Source: Gemmatimonadota bacterium
Lineage (GTDB): Bacteria > Gemmatimonadota > Gemmatimonadetes > Gemmatimonadales > GWC2-71-9
Assembly (NCBI GenBank): GCA_039588295.1
Contig: JBDHAB010000010.1
Coordinates: 57,914 to 121,913, forward strand
Length of the DNA: 64,000 bases
Direction of reading: 5' to 3'
The notes under the pieces were generated by a model. That model had not been told where the DNA came from. It worked only from the letters and a program-made list of their open reading frames with translations, and did not search any database. The first letter of the stretch is position 1, and each line of letters begins with the position of its first letter. Below are positions 19,535 to 29,681 of this stretch, in pieces. A program made the translations under genes and the position numbers.

Positions 19535-22500
19535 ATGGCGAATCGAACGAACTCACTCGAGTGGAAGCCGGCGATCTGCGGGATCTGCCCAGCAGGCTGC
19601 TGGGTCGAAGTTGGTATGGACAATGGGACCCTCGCCGATATCCGGCCCGATACGGGCCACCCGCTCGGCATGATCTGCCGCCGCGGGCAGCACGCCCCGG
19701 AGATCGTCCATTCCGAACATCGACTCCGTTACCCCATGAAGCGCAAGGGTCCGAAGGGCACGCACGAGTTCGAGCGCATCGACTGGGACGAGGCGTACGA
19801 CGTGATTGTCGAGAACCTCAACCGCATCAAGCGGGAATCGGGCCCGGAGGCCGTTGCGGTCTACACGGGCCGTGGCGCGTTCGAGCTGTCGCTGTGCGAC
19901 ATGTTCCAGCCAAAGGATGTCGCGGTGTCGTCGGCTTCCAATGTGCTGTTCCCCTTCGGTTCCCCAAACACGATGGGGGTCGGCGCGTTGTGCTACGTGT
20001 CGTTCGCGATGCTCGCACCCCACCTCACCATGGGACGCATGCTCGTCAACATGTTCACCGACATGGAGTCGGCCGAACTGTTGGTGGTTTGGGGAGCCAA
20101 CCCCGCCACGGACTCGCCGCCCCTGGACATGGCCCGACTCGAGGCGGCAGCCAAGCGTGGCGCCCAGATCGTCGTCATCGATCCTCGACGAACCGAGACC
20201 GTGGCCCGCACCAACGCACAGTGGATACCGATCCGGCCTGGGACAGATGGCGCGCTGGCCTTGAGTATGATCGAGGTGCTCATTGATGACGACCTGTACG
20301 ACGAGGAGTTCACGGATCGTTGGTGCCACGGATTCGACGAGCTCCGTCGCTACGTCCAGCACTTCACGCCCGAAGTCGCGCAGACCATCACCGGGGTCTC
20401 CGCCGAGACCATTCGCGACCTCGCGCGTCGAATTGGGCGGGCGACGGGTGCGTGTCCCGTCATGTACACCGGCCTCGAGTATTCCAACAGCGGCGTGCAG
20501 GCCATCCGCGCGGTCCTCACGCTCTTTGCACTGAGCGGGCACCTGGACGTCCCCGGCGGGATCGGCTTGGCAATGCGTGACACGCACTTCCCCGTGAACC
20601 GCTCATGCAATCAACCCAACCCCGACCTCGACCGCGCGGTGGCTCGAGACCGATACCCCATCTACAGCAACTATCGCGGAGAGTCGCACGCGAGCGGACT
20701 CGTGACGTCCGTGCTCGAAGGGGAACCCTACCGCATACGCGGGCTCTTGATTCACGGTGCGTCGATCCTCACCTCCTGGCCACAGACATCCATGTGGCGC
20801 GAGACGCTCAGTGCACTTGACTTCGTCGTGTGCATCGACCGTCAGCTCACCGCAGACGCCGCGTACGCCGACGTCGTGCTGCCGGCCACGACGATGTTTG
20901 AGATCGATTCGTACATGGTGTACGGACCCATCTTTCGGCTGAGGGAGAAGGTCGTTGCACCGGTCGGAGAAGCGCGCAACGACTATCTGATCATGGCCGA
21001 GTTGGCGAACCGCCTGGGATACGGACACCTCTATCCACAGACTGAGGACGAACTCGTTCGGGCGGCACTCGACGGATCGGGCTACACGTTGGAGGACGTC
21101 CGCGCCGCCGGTGGCTGGGTGAAGCTCGCCACTCCGATGATGGAGTACAAGAAGTGGGAGAAAGGCGGACTTCGCGCGGACGGGGCACCCGGGTTCGAGA
21201 CACCCACCGGGAAGTTCGAGATCTGGTCGTCGGTGCTCGAGGACTATGGCTACGAGCCGCTACCCAAATACACCGAGCCGACCGAAGGACCCATCGCGCA
21301 GCCCGAACTCCTCGAGCAATACCCCCTCGTATTCAACTCGGGCGCCCGACCACACACGGACTTTCGTTCACAGCATCACGGCATTCGCGGTCTGGTGCAG
21401 GACAATCCGGAGCCGACGGTCGAGCTCAGCGTCCAGGATGCCGAGGCGCGCGGGATCACACATGGTGATCTCGTCGAAGTTCGCACGCAACGCGCGAGCG
21501 TACCATTCCGCGCCCGTGTCACGGACGACATCGTCCAGGGGGCCGTCGAATGCAACATGGGCGGCGGCACGCCCGTCGGTCCCCAGGCGTGGAACGAGTG
21601 GAACGTCAATGAGCTCACCGATCTCCACAACGCGGACGAGGTATCGGGCTTCCCCGTCTACAAGGCGCTGCTGTGTGACGTGGTGAAGGTGGCAGACGGC
21701 CACGGGAACGGAAGTCCAACTGATGGCATGGCCGCTGCGTGTGGACCCACGGTGCTCGAGAACGTAGTTCCGCGGAAGCCTCCCGAGCGGCGCATCTATC
21801 TCGACAACAACGCGACCACCGAGGTGAGCGAGGCCGTGCGGCTCGCCATGGCGCCGTTCCTGGAAGGCGTGCACGGCAATCCCTCCAGCATCCACGGCGC
21901 CGGCCGGGACGCCCGCGCCGGGATCGAGACGGCACGTCGTCAAGTGGCGCGCCTGCTCAACGCTCGCCCCCGCCGCATCATCTTCACCGGTGGCGGCTCG
22001 GAGGCCGACAACCTCGCGATCAAAGGCATCGCGTTCGCGCGGCGGGAATCCGGGAAACACATCGTGACGAGCGCCATCGAGCATCCCGCCGTGTTGCAGG
22101 CCTGCAGATTCTTGGAAACGCTAGGCTACGATGTCACCTACTGCCCAGTGGATGAATTCGGGCTCGTCCATCCGGACACGCTGCACCAGGCGCTTCGATC
22201 CGATACCATCCTGGTGTCGATCATGATGGCGAACAACGAAGTCGGTACCATTCAGCCCATCAAAGAGCTGTCCGCGATCGCGCACGACCGCGGAGTCCCG
22301 TTTCACACAGATGCGGTCCAGGCCGCCGGCAAGATACCCATCGACGTCGCGGAGCTTGATGTCGACATGTTGTGCGTTTCGGGCCACAAGTTTCACGGGC
22401 CGAAGGGCGTGGGTGCGCTCTACGTGAAGAAGGAGATCGAGCTCACCCCGCTCATTCACGGTGGCAAGCAGGAGGGGGGTGTCCGAGCGGGCACCGAGAA

Positions 22501-22945
22501 CGTCCCGGCCATCGTGGGCATGGGCAAGGCTGCGGAGCTCGCGCTCGCCGGCCTGCGAGATGCTCCAGCGGTCGCGGACCTGCGAGACCGGCTGCAGCAC
22601 GAGATCCAGCTCCTCATTCCCAATGCAGTGGTAAACGGTGCAGTCGGGATGCGCCTGCCCAACACCCTGAACGTGACCCTGCCGGGTCTACGGGGAGAGT
22701 CCCTGGTCGTGGCTCTCGATCAACATGGGGTGTCACTTTCGTCGGGCTCGGCCTGCAAGTCAGGCTCGCCGGAGCCAACACACGTGCTCATCGCGATGGG
22801 GAAAGACGTCGAAGACGTGCACTGCGCCGTCCGGATGTCGCTGTCGCGCGAGACGACCGAATCGGACATCGCCGCCACGGCGGCCGCGCTGAGCCAGGTG
22901 CTGGAAGAAATGGAGACCACGGTCCGCTTTCTGCCCTGCAAATAG
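19535..22945 (+). CDS. Fusion of a Mo/W-bisPGD oxidoreductase and an IscS/NifS-type cysteine desulfurase
   Basis: CGICPAGC...C [4Fe-4S] motif, WGANP, IRPGTDGA, ADVVLPA; then YLDNNATT, HTDAVQ, SGHKFHGPKG, RAGTEN, SSGSAC, all in one uninterrupted ORF. Confidence 0.92.
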   Translation: MANRTNSLEWKPAICGICPAGCWVEVGMDNGTLADIRPDTGHPLGMICRRGQHAPEIVHSEHRLRYPMKRKGPKGTHEFERIDWDEAYDVIVENLNRIKRESGPEAVAVYTGRGAFELSLCDMFQPKDVAVSSASNVLFPFGSPNTMGVGALCYVSFAMLAPHLTMGRMLVNMFTDMESAELLVVWGANPATDSPPLDMARLEAAAKRGAQIVVIDPRRTETVARTNAQWIPIRPGTDGALALSMIEVLIDDDLYDEEFTDRWCHGFDELRRYVQHFTPEVAQTITGVSAETIRDLARRIGRATGACPVMYTGLEYSNSGVQAIRAVLTLFALSGHLDVPGGIGLAMRDTHFPVNRSCNQPNPDLDRAVARDRYPIYSNYRGESHASGLVTSVLEGEPYRIRGLLIHGASILTSWPQTSMWRETLSALDFVVCIDRQLTADAAYADVVLPATTMFEIDSYMVYGPIFRLREKVVAPVGEARNDYLIMAELANRLGYGHLYPQTEDELVRAALDGSGYTLEDVRAAGGWVKLATPMMEYKKWEKGGLRADGAPGFETPTGKFEIWSSVLEDYGYEPLPKYTEPTEGPIAQPELLEQYPLVFNSGARPHTDFRSQHHGIRGLVQDNPEPTVELSVQDAEARGITHGDLVEVRTQRASVPFRARVTDDIVQGAVECNMGGGTPVGPQAWNEWNVNELTDLHNADEVSGFPVYKALLCDVVKVADGHGNGSPTDGMAAACGPTVLENVVPRKPPERRIYLDNNATTEVSEAVRLAMAPFLEGVHGNPSSIHGAGRDARAGIETARRQVARLLNARPRRIIFTGGGSEADNLAIKGIAFARRESGKHIVTSAIEHPAVLQACRFLETLGYDVTYCPVDEFGLVHPDTLHQALRSDTILVSIMMANNEVGTIQPIKELSAIAHDRGVPFHTDAVQAAGKIPIDVAELDVDMLCVSGHKFHGPKGVGALYVKKEIELTPLIHGGKQEGGVRAGTENVPAIVGMGKAAELALAGLRDAPAVADLRDRLQHEIQLLIPNAVVNGAVGMRLPNTLNVTLPGLRGESLVVALDQHGVSLSSGSACKSGSPEPTHVLIAMGKDVEDVHCAVRMSLSRETTESDIAATAAALSQVLEEMETTVRFLPCK

Positions 22946-22957
22946 CGCAGACAGCGA

Positions 22958-23398
22958 TCACAGCAGCTTGAGGAAGTACGAGAGCGCGGTCGTCTCCCGC
23001 TCCATGCGCCAACCAGTCACCGTGGAGTACCGCATGCGAAAGTATCGTACGCTCTTTCCCGTCGGTGGAGCCGCACCGTCCACCAGAATCTCCGCACGGA
23101 CGATCACATCATCGGAGCGGCCCCGAGCTTTGACACTGCGAAATGTGACGCGATCGCGGGCCAGCACCTCTGCGGCAGCCTGCTCAGCCACAGCCCGATC
23201 TCCGGCATCGAGCGCTTCCCGCAGCGCCGGCAATCCCTGCGCCTGATACTCTGCCGCCAGCCAGAACTTGAGCTCGGCGGCGGCCTCGGTCGCGAGCGTC
23301 GTACGCATCGCATAGTACCGGTAGCCCACCACCGCACCCACAAGAATCAGGACGGCAATCGCCTTCCATCCCGTCACGTTCAGCTTGATTTCACCCAT
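22958..23398 (-). CDS. Hypothetical membrane-anchored protein
   Basis: One N-terminal TM, clear RBS, co-oriented 9 bp downstream of the 23408 gene. Confidence 0.7.
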   Translation of the reverse strand: MGEIKLNVTGWKAIAVLILVGAVVGYRYYAMRTTLATEAAAELKFWLAAEYQAQGLPALREALDAGDRAVAEQAAAEVLARDRVTFRSVKARGRSDDVIVRAEILVDGAAPPTGKSVRYFRMRYSTVTGWRMERETTALSYFLKLL

Positions 23399-23407
23399 GG
23401 CTCGTCC

Positions 23408-24478
23408 TCACCGGGGGCCGCGACATCGCCGAAATATCTCCCGATCCGCCTTCCTCGCATCGTTGATGATCTCGTAAAAATCATCGTAGTATTCGAGCAT
23501 ATCTTCGAGCCGCTTCGGATCGAGACCCTCCTGACCGCGATGCAGCGCGTATATCGCTTCACGCTGCTCGTTGAAACGCGGAAACACCGCTGCAACGTCT
23601 TCCTCAGGACGGCACACGCCCCAGTACCGTCGTTGGCGCACACTCCGGATGCCGAGCACTTGCGCGGGTTTCGCATACGGTGCTGCGATCACACCGGACC
23701 AGTCAAAGTCGTATGCAACCGGCAGCACCGGACCGGCCATCGTCCCCACGAGGACCGTGTTATGGCAGCAGTATTCCCGACCGCCTTCGGTATGAAACGG
23801 GTCCCAGTCCGTGTTACCCATGAAGAACTGGAACAGCTCGAACAGGATCAGCTGCTCTTGATCCATCTGGTCGGGAAGAACCTGGCGGACCGTCAACACC
23901 TCCCAGCCATTTCGCGCCGCCATGGCATCTTCGGCTTCGATAAAAAACGCATACTTGGTGATGGGGTCGCGGTCGTCCTCGCTGTCCACATACGTCATGC
24001 GCAGGAGACGCACCCTGAAGCTCAAGTCAGTGAACAGACTGTACGTGCGATAGATGAGGTATTCCTGCAAGGCGAACTGCTCGTACCTGTCGCTCCGGTC
24101 CTGACAGTGCGTAACGAGCTTGAGCTTGTCCTGCCCATGGAACAGGGTGTTCTCCACCTGCGATTTCTTGAAGTTCAGCTGCAGCGGCGGGAAGTTGCAG
24201 GTGCGTCGCTGAAGGCGAAACCGCCCACGCGTTCGCACCTGGACGTCCAAGGTAACCGGACTGCCGTCGGCTCCATCGTAGCGCAGAAGCCCGTCACGGT
24301 ACGTGGATTCGTCTCCGCGGTCTCGAAAGATGGTGTTGAAGGGCGCCTCAACCACAATGGCCAGCACGTTCTGCGTCTGGAACAGGGGGGCCGGAGCCAG
24401 CGAGTCGGTCTGTGCCCGCAACAGGGGGGTGGCGAGCAGCAGGGCACCAACCGATATCGGGAAGACGAGCGTACGCAT
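23408..24478 (-). CDS. Exported CotH-like atypical kinase
   Basis: Signal peptide; RTRGRFR, KLKLVTHC, EYLIYRTY, MGNTDW...HN, YDFDWSG. Confidence 0.65.
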   Translation of the reverse strand: MRTLVFPISVGALLLATPLLRAQTDSLAPAPLFQTQNVLAIVVEAPFNTIFRDRGDESTYRDGLLRYDGADGSPVTLDVQVRTRGRFRLQRRTCNFPPLQLNFKKSQVENTLFHGQDKLKLVTHCQDRSDRYEQFALQEYLIYRTYSLFTDLSFRVRLLRMTYVDSEDDRDPITKYAFFIEAEDAMAARNGWEVLTVRQVLPDQMDQEQLILFELFQFFMGNTDWDPFHTEGGREYCCHNTVLVGTMAGPVLPVAYDFDWSGVIAAPYAKPAQVLGIRSVRQRRYWGVCRPEEDVAAVFPRFNEQREAIYALHRGQEGLDPKRLEDMLEYYDDFYEIINDARKADREIFRRCRGPR

Positions 24479-24599
24479 AACGACAATCTCCGTGCTGGAG
24501 AACAGCGACCTTCTCCACTAAGTATAGTGAGTGTCATGCACGTCAGATCAAGACGCCCTTCCCCTGTCTCCTCCTCGCCGCGGCACGCAGGGTCGTGAC

Positions 24600-25220
24600 G
24601 TGACACCGCAGCGCAGGACTAGACTCCAGCAGGTGACACTGGTCGCGGTGGCGTTCGAGCTGACGCTCCTCGTCCTGGCAGTCGTCCTCGGTTGGCTGCT
24701 GGGCACACGCCCCCTCGGAATGGTGCGGCTCGGCTGGTCCGGCGTCCTGGTGGGGGTCGCCGCAACCGTGCCTCCGCTCGTGCTCATGAAGTGGCTGTTC
24801 GACACGAATTGGCAGCCGCTCAGGCGGCTTCGAGAGGAGGTTGACCAGACCCTGCTTCCTCTGTTCGGTCGGTGCTCGACCGCCGATCTTGCGATCATTG
24901 CCGTCGCGGCTGGCGTCGGCGAGGAGGTACTATTCCGCGGCGCACTCCAGTCAGCGGCCGTGACGCTCGCTGGACCAGCGCTTGGACTCATCCTGACGAG
25001 CGTGCTGTTTGGCCTCGCCCACCTGATAACGCCGACGTACGCCTTCTTGGCCGCGCTCTTGGGTTGCTACCTCGGGGGCCTCGCGATGCTCACCGGAGGG
25101 CTCTGGGTACCGATTTTCGTCCACGCGCTCTACGATTATGTCGCGCTCGCCGTCTGGCTCAGGACGCATCCGCAACAGCCAACGGATGAGCCGGGTCCGG
25201 GACCATCACTGAAGCGGTAG
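24600..25220 (+). CDS. CPBP (Abi/CAAX) family intramembrane metalloprotease
   Basis: GEEVLFRG, FGLAH, HALYD; start uncertain (24531 or 24600). Confidence 0.9.
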   Translation: MTPQRRTRLQQVTLVAVAFELTLLVLAVVLGWLLGTRPLGMVRLGWSGVLVGVAATVPPLVLMKWLFDTNWQPLRRLREEVDQTLLPLFGRCSTADLAIIAVAAGVGEEVLFRGALQSAAVTLAGPALGLILTSVLFGLAHLITPTYAFLAALLGCYLGGLAMLTGGLWVPIFVHALYDYVALAVWLRTHPQQPTDEPGPGPSLKR

Positions 25221-25877
25221 AATCGTCTTTCCCTCCGCCCAACGGGCAACCGCGTCGAGATAGCTCATCGCCGGCAACTCAACCCGCAGCTGCTCCCTGA
25301 CCGATCGGACCGCTTCCAAGGCGGCGGCAATCTGCTCGACAGGCGCATCCTCGCTGATCCCTCCACCGTCTTCGAGTCCCACCGACGTCAGCCGCTCAGG
25401 TTCCGAAAGCTCGGCCACGTCGACCCAGACGGGGGTCGTCCCCCACTCGGTGAAGAACGAGCGCCGGACCTTCCGCACGGTGACGACTTCGAGCTCCGGA
25501 GCGAGCCCGCGCAGATATCCGAGCAATGACGCTGCGTCGAGCGGGCTCGCTGGCGCAGCCACGGACACCCCCAACGCAGCGGCAATGTGGGCAACGAGTG
25601 CGGGGGACGCCGGCAAGTGGTGCTCATCCATGGGAGATTCGACCCAGATCTGATACGCTGAATCCTCGGAGCGCGTCCACAGGCGCTTGAATTTCAGAAC
25701 ATCACCTGCGGGTCCCGACCGCAGCTTCACATTGACCGAGAGTCCGGGACGCCAGAGATACCGGTCGGCCACTGGAAGGCCGGTCTGAGTCGTCGGAGAG
25801 AGTTGCTCGACGCGACGGCGGACCGTCGGTTCCAGGCGGCCGAACCCGCGCCACTCCCAGTGCATGCCGTACGTCAT
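25206..25877 (-). CDS. CYTH-like triphosphate tunnel metalloenzyme fold protein
   Basis: N-terminal HWEWRGF (ExExK-like), NVKLR, VRKVRRSF, VDVAEL, VGLE. Confidence 0.5.
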   Translation of the reverse strand: MTYGMHWEWRGFGRLEPTVRRRVEQLSPTTQTGLPVADRYLWRPGLSVNVKLRSGPAGDVLKFKRLWTRSEDSAYQIWVESPMDEHHLPASPALVAHIAAALGVSVAAPASPLDAASLLGYLRGLAPELEVVTVRKVRRSFFTEWGTTPVWVDVAELSEPERLTSVGLEDGGGISEDAPVEQIAAALEAVRSVREQLRVELPAMSYLDAVARWAEGKTILPLQ

Positions 25878-25992
25878 GGTTCCACGTCCGTGGCCCGTGG
25901 CTGAGGTCGCTCAGAACGTCAAACTACGGCGCAATCGTGAGTCGCTCCAAGTGATCCGTTGTCGCCCGTAAGATAGAACCGCCCTTTCTTGT

Positions 25993-26102
25993 AAGGAGTC
26001 GTACCCGGCAACCTGACCGTTACGACCTCTTCCTCACTCTCAGCACATAAACGCTGGAGACGACGTGGAGGTTCACCGTCCGATTGGTGGACCGGAATCG
26101 TC
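25993..26102. ncRNA. Candidate three-hairpin structured RNA in the intergenic region
   Basis: Three consecutive stems: AAGGAGTCGTA/TACGACCTCTT; CTCTCAGC/GCTGGAG; GACGA..GGTTCACC/GGTGGACC..TCGTC; no family recognised. Confidence 0.3.
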
Positions 26103-26109
26103 CCCGCCG

Positions 26110-26826
26110 CTAGACGATGTTTCGGACGAGCACGACGAGGCCCGTGATGCCCGATACCACGAGCACCGCGGTGCGAACGTACCCGCGGTCGAGGGTCCGA
26201 GCGGTGTGGCGGGAGACCAGGAATCCAAGCAGGATCCCGGGCACGAGTAGGGAAGCCAAGCGCGCCTCGGGCCGGCCGAAGCGACCGATCAGGTGGAGCG
26301 CGACGACGGACATTCCCACGCCGACAACGAAGAACGCCGACAGCGTGCCGCGAATCCGAGCCCCGGTCTCACGTTGATACAGGAGTGCCATCGGTGGGCC
26401 GCCGATCGAGACCGTCGTCCCCATGAAGCCCGCCAGGAGACCGGCACCCAAGAGCGTGTTGGCACGGACGGCAACATGAACACCCGACGCGCTGAGCGAC
26501 ACCGCGGCCAAGACCAGAATGCCGAACAGAATCGCGATCTGCTCTGACGGCACAAGCGTCAAGGCCAACGCCGCCAACGCGATCCCGCCGGCCCTGCCGA
26601 GCAGTGCCCACTTGAGATCCCCGAACCGAATGGCGTGCCACTCGCGGTGCGTGAGCAGCAGTGTCAGGACAATGGACGACAAGAGGAGCGGTCCGGGAAT
26701 GAGTCGAGGTTCGATCAAGACGAGCAGCGGCACGGAGAACAAGCCGAGGCCGAACCCGATCGACCCTTGGAGCGTGGCGCCGATGGTGACCACGGCCGTG
26801 GCGAGCGCGATTTCGGCCAGCGTCAC
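26110..26826 (-). CDS. TauE/SafE family sulfite exporter
   Basis: LQGSIGFGLG, SIGGPP, about 8 TMs. Confidence 0.88.
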   Translation of the reverse strand: MTLAEIALATAVVTIGATLQGSIGFGLGLFSVPLLVLIEPRLIPGPLLLSSIVLTLLLTHREWHAIRFGDLKWALLGRAGGIALAALALTLVPSEQIAILFGILVLAAVSLSASGVHVAVRANTLLGAGLLAGFMGTTVSIGGPPMALLYQRETGARIRGTLSAFFVVGVGMSVVALHLIGRFGRPEARLASLLVPGILLGFLVSRHTARTLDRGYVRTAVLVVSGITGLVVLVRNIV

Positions 26827-26902
26827 CGTCGACTCGCCGGCACCACGCGGAAGGCGCTGAGTGGCGTGATCGCTGATCTCATCGACGTGCGACTGAGCGA
26901 GT

Positions 26903-28849
26903 CTAGGTGGTTCGACTGCGGTGTACGTGGAGTACCAGCAACCCCATGATCAGACCGATGGTCGCGAGAGCGAGTATCTGCTGACCGGCATCGGGGAGGG
27001 CGACCGGGAACCCGCGAATGGGCTCCCCACCGCGGGCACCGACCCAGAGCGCCAGGAGCACGCCGGTGAGACCGCCACCGCCGACGAGCCCTGATCCGAA
27101 CAGCACCCCCTCTTCGCGCCGGCGTTCGGCCTCCTCGGGCGCCTGGTTTCTCGTCAGGGTCCAGCGCAGGAGACCTCCGACGAACACTGCGGCCATCGTG
27201 GAGAGCGGGAGATAGACGCCGACGGCGAAGGCCAAGACCGGGATGCGGAAGAGCGATGCGACGAGCCCGATTCCCACCCCGATGAAGATCATCGCCCACG
27301 GCAGGTTCTGATCCAGCACGCCGTCGATGACCAACTTCATCAGGACAGCTTGCGGCGCGGGAAGCTCGGTCCCGCCGAGTCCGCCAGGCACGCTCTGGTG
27401 CAGCATCGTCACCACGAGGCAGACGACGCCGGCCGACGTCACCACACCGATCAACTCACCGATCTGTTGGAACCGTGGTGTCGCACCGAGCACGAAGCCG
27501 GTCTTGAGATCCTGGGAGGTATCGCCCGCAATGGACGAGGCGATGCACACAGAGGTGCCGACCATCAGTGCCGTGGCCTTGCCCGCGAGATCGGTCCATC
27601 CCATGAGAAAGAACACGAGACTGGTGCCCAGCAGGGTGGCGATGGTCATTCCCGATGTCGGATTCGAGGTGACGCCGACGAGACCGACGATCCGCGAGCT
27701 CACAGTGACGAAAAAGAACGCAAAGACCGCGATCAACACAGACGCGACGGCCCTCACCAAGACGGAGTCGAGAAAGCCTAGAACCCCGGGAACGAGCGTG
27801 AGCAGCAGCAGCACTGTCGCAAGCCACACGAGCACGGTCTTGAACGACAGGTCGCGATCCGTCCGTTCGACGGCGGCCCCGATGCCGGAGGTGAGCTGGC
27901 CGAGCCCGAGCTTGAACGACTCGATCATCGTGGGAATCGACCGGATGAGCGTGATGATCCCACCGGTCGCCACCGCACCGGCGCCGATATAGCGCACGTA
28001 GCGATGCCAAATGTCCCCCGGAGCCATGTCCCGGATCAGTTGCTCCGTCTCCGGGTAGAGCGGCGCGGTCAAATTCGCTCCCCAGAGATTGATCAATGGG
28101 ATGATCACGAATGCGGACAGAGCGCCCCCGGCCACCATCACCGTGGCGATCCGGATCCCCAGGATGTATCCCACACCGATCAGTGGCGGCGACACGCTGA
28201 TGGCGAGGTTTGCCTTGAAGCCAAGCGCGAGCTGAAACGTGCCCTGCACGAACTTGAAGCCGTCGGTGATCAGCTTGAACAGCATCCCGACGCCGAGACC
28301 CCAGAACACACCCGCCGCTTGTCGGCCGCCACCCTCGGCCGCCACCAACACCTCGGCGCACGCCATGCCCTCCGGATAGGGGAGCCGGCCGTGCTCGCCC
28401 TTGATCAGATACCGGCGCAGCGGAATCATGAACAACACGCCGATCAAGCCGCCCGCCATCGTGAGCAGCGTGATCTGCCGCCACGCCGGCGCCATCCCCC
28501 AGATGAACAACGCGGGAATCGTGAACAGCACACCCGACGCGACCGATGAGCTCGCCGACCCGACCGTCTGAGACATGTTGCTCTCGAGGATGGTGTGGCG
28601 GAGCCCAAAGGCCTCGAACAGCCGAAACGCCACCACGGTCAAGACGGCGACCGGGATCGAGGTACTGATGGTCAGTCCCGCCTTGAGTCCCAGATAGGTG
28701 TTGGCCGCACCGAACACGACACCAAGGAGAATACCAGCGACCGCCGATTTGACCGTGAATTCGGCGAGCGTCAGTCCGTACGTGTACGGGACGTGCTGCT
28801 CGCCGGGCTTGAGCTCGTAGGCGGTCGGGGGGAGTTTCTTGCCGTTCAT
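26903..28849 (-). CDS. OPT family oligopeptide transporter
   Basis: YLGLKAGLTISTSIP, LPYPEG, SNPTSG, QDLKTG, LPAPQA. Confidence 0.95.
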   Translation of the reverse strand: MNGKKLPPTAYELKPGEQHVPYTYGLTLAEFTVKSAVAGILLGVVFGAANTYLGLKAGLTISTSIPVAVLTVVAFRLFEAFGLRHTILESNMSQTVGSASSSVASGVLFTIPALFIWGMAPAWRQITLLTMAGGLIGVLFMIPLRRYLIKGEHGRLPYPEGMACAEVLVAAEGGGRQAAGVFWGLGVGMLFKLITDGFKFVQGTFQLALGFKANLAISVSPPLIGVGYILGIRIATVMVAGGALSAFVIIPLINLWGANLTAPLYPETEQLIRDMAPGDIWHRYVRYIGAGAVATGGIITLIRSIPTMIESFKLGLGQLTSGIGAAVERTDRDLSFKTVLVWLATVLLLLTLVPGVLGFLDSVLVRAVASVLIAVFAFFFVTVSSRIVGLVGVTSNPTSGMTIATLLGTSLVFFLMGWTDLAGKATALMVGTSVCIASSIAGDTSQDLKTGFVLGATPRFQQIGELIGVVTSAGVVCLVVTMLHQSVPGGLGGTELPAPQAVLMKLVIDGVLDQNLPWAMIFIGVGIGLVASLFRIPVLAFAVGVYLPLSTMAAVFVGGLLRWTLTRNQAPEEAERRREEGVLFGSGLVGGGGLTGVLLALWVGARGGEPIRGFPVALPDAGQQILALATIGLIMGLLVLHVHRSRTT

Positions 28850-28964
28850 CGGTGTGATCCTTTGCGCGGCGACCGAGAGTCCGGCGAATCTTCACCCGGA
28901 TGCGCTGCTTCGCAACCGTCACGGACGACCCTCACCGCCGCTCCAGGTGTATCATTAGGACCCT

Positions 28965-29681
28965 ATGATCGCGGTTTTTGTCCAATCGGGCCTGGCTGAG
29001 GCGGTGCAGCATCAGCCGCTGCTGGCGCTGGCCTCTCTGTTCGGCGCCGGAGTGCTCACGAGCCTGACGCCCTGCATCTACCCGATGATCCCGATCACGG
29101 CGGGCGTGCTGGCGGCGAGCGCCGGACCCGATCGCTCCCGGAGGCGGGTCGTGGGACTCACCCTCACCTACGTCTCCGGTCTCGCGCTGCTGTACGCGTT
29201 CCTCGGAATGCTGGCAGGCCTCACGGGATCCTTGTTCGGCACGGTTTCGGCCAGTCCATGGGCGCGGTTCGCGATCGGGAACCTTCTGCTGCTCTTCGCC
29301 CTTGCCATGTTGGACGTCTTTCCGGTCTCTGCACCGCGGCGGCTGGTCGCGTGGGCTGGCAACCTGGGCGGCGGCTCGTACCCCGCGGTATTCCTGCTGG
29401 GAGCGACGTCCGGGATCGTGGCGGCACCGTGCGGAGCTCCGGCATTTGCCGTGGTGCTCACCTGGGTGGCGGCGACGGGAAGCGCGGTGCTTGGGTTCGT
29501 CTACCTGTTCGTCTTCTCGATTGGGATGACCACACTGCTGGTGGTCGTCGGGCTGTTCTCGGGAACGCTCGCGGCGCTGCCGCAACAAGGGAAGTGGATG
29601 GTGTGGATCAAGAAGGCGGCAGGTGTGGTCATGCTCGCTATGGCGGAATACTACTTCATCCTCATGGGGCAAGTGTTGTGA
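28965..29681 (+). CDS. ccdA: CcdA/DsbD transmembrane disulfide-reducing protein
   Basis: SLTPCIYPMIP and APCGAP redox cysteines, about 6 TMs. Confidence 0.88.
   Translation: MIAVFVQSGLAEAVQHQPLLALASLFGAGVLTSLTPCIYPMIPITAGVLAASAGPDRSRRRVVGLTLTYVSGLALLYAFLGMLAGLTGSLFGTVSASPWARFAIGNLLLLFALAMLDVFPVSAPRRLVAWAGNLGGGSYPAVFLLGATSGIVAAPCGAPAFAVVLTWVAATGSAVLGFVYLFVFSIGMTTLLVVVGLFSGTLAALPQQGKWMVWIKKAAGVVMLAMAEYYFILMGQVL

Noticed and set aside
26040..26065. Fluoride or glycine riboswitch resemblance (ATAAACGCT, CTCTCAG)
   Set aside because: The other conserved elements are absent and no cognate gene lies downstream
29258..29677. N-terminal extension of the TlpA ORF
   Set aside because: Overlaps ccdA in another frame; GTG at 29678 gives a normal signal peptide
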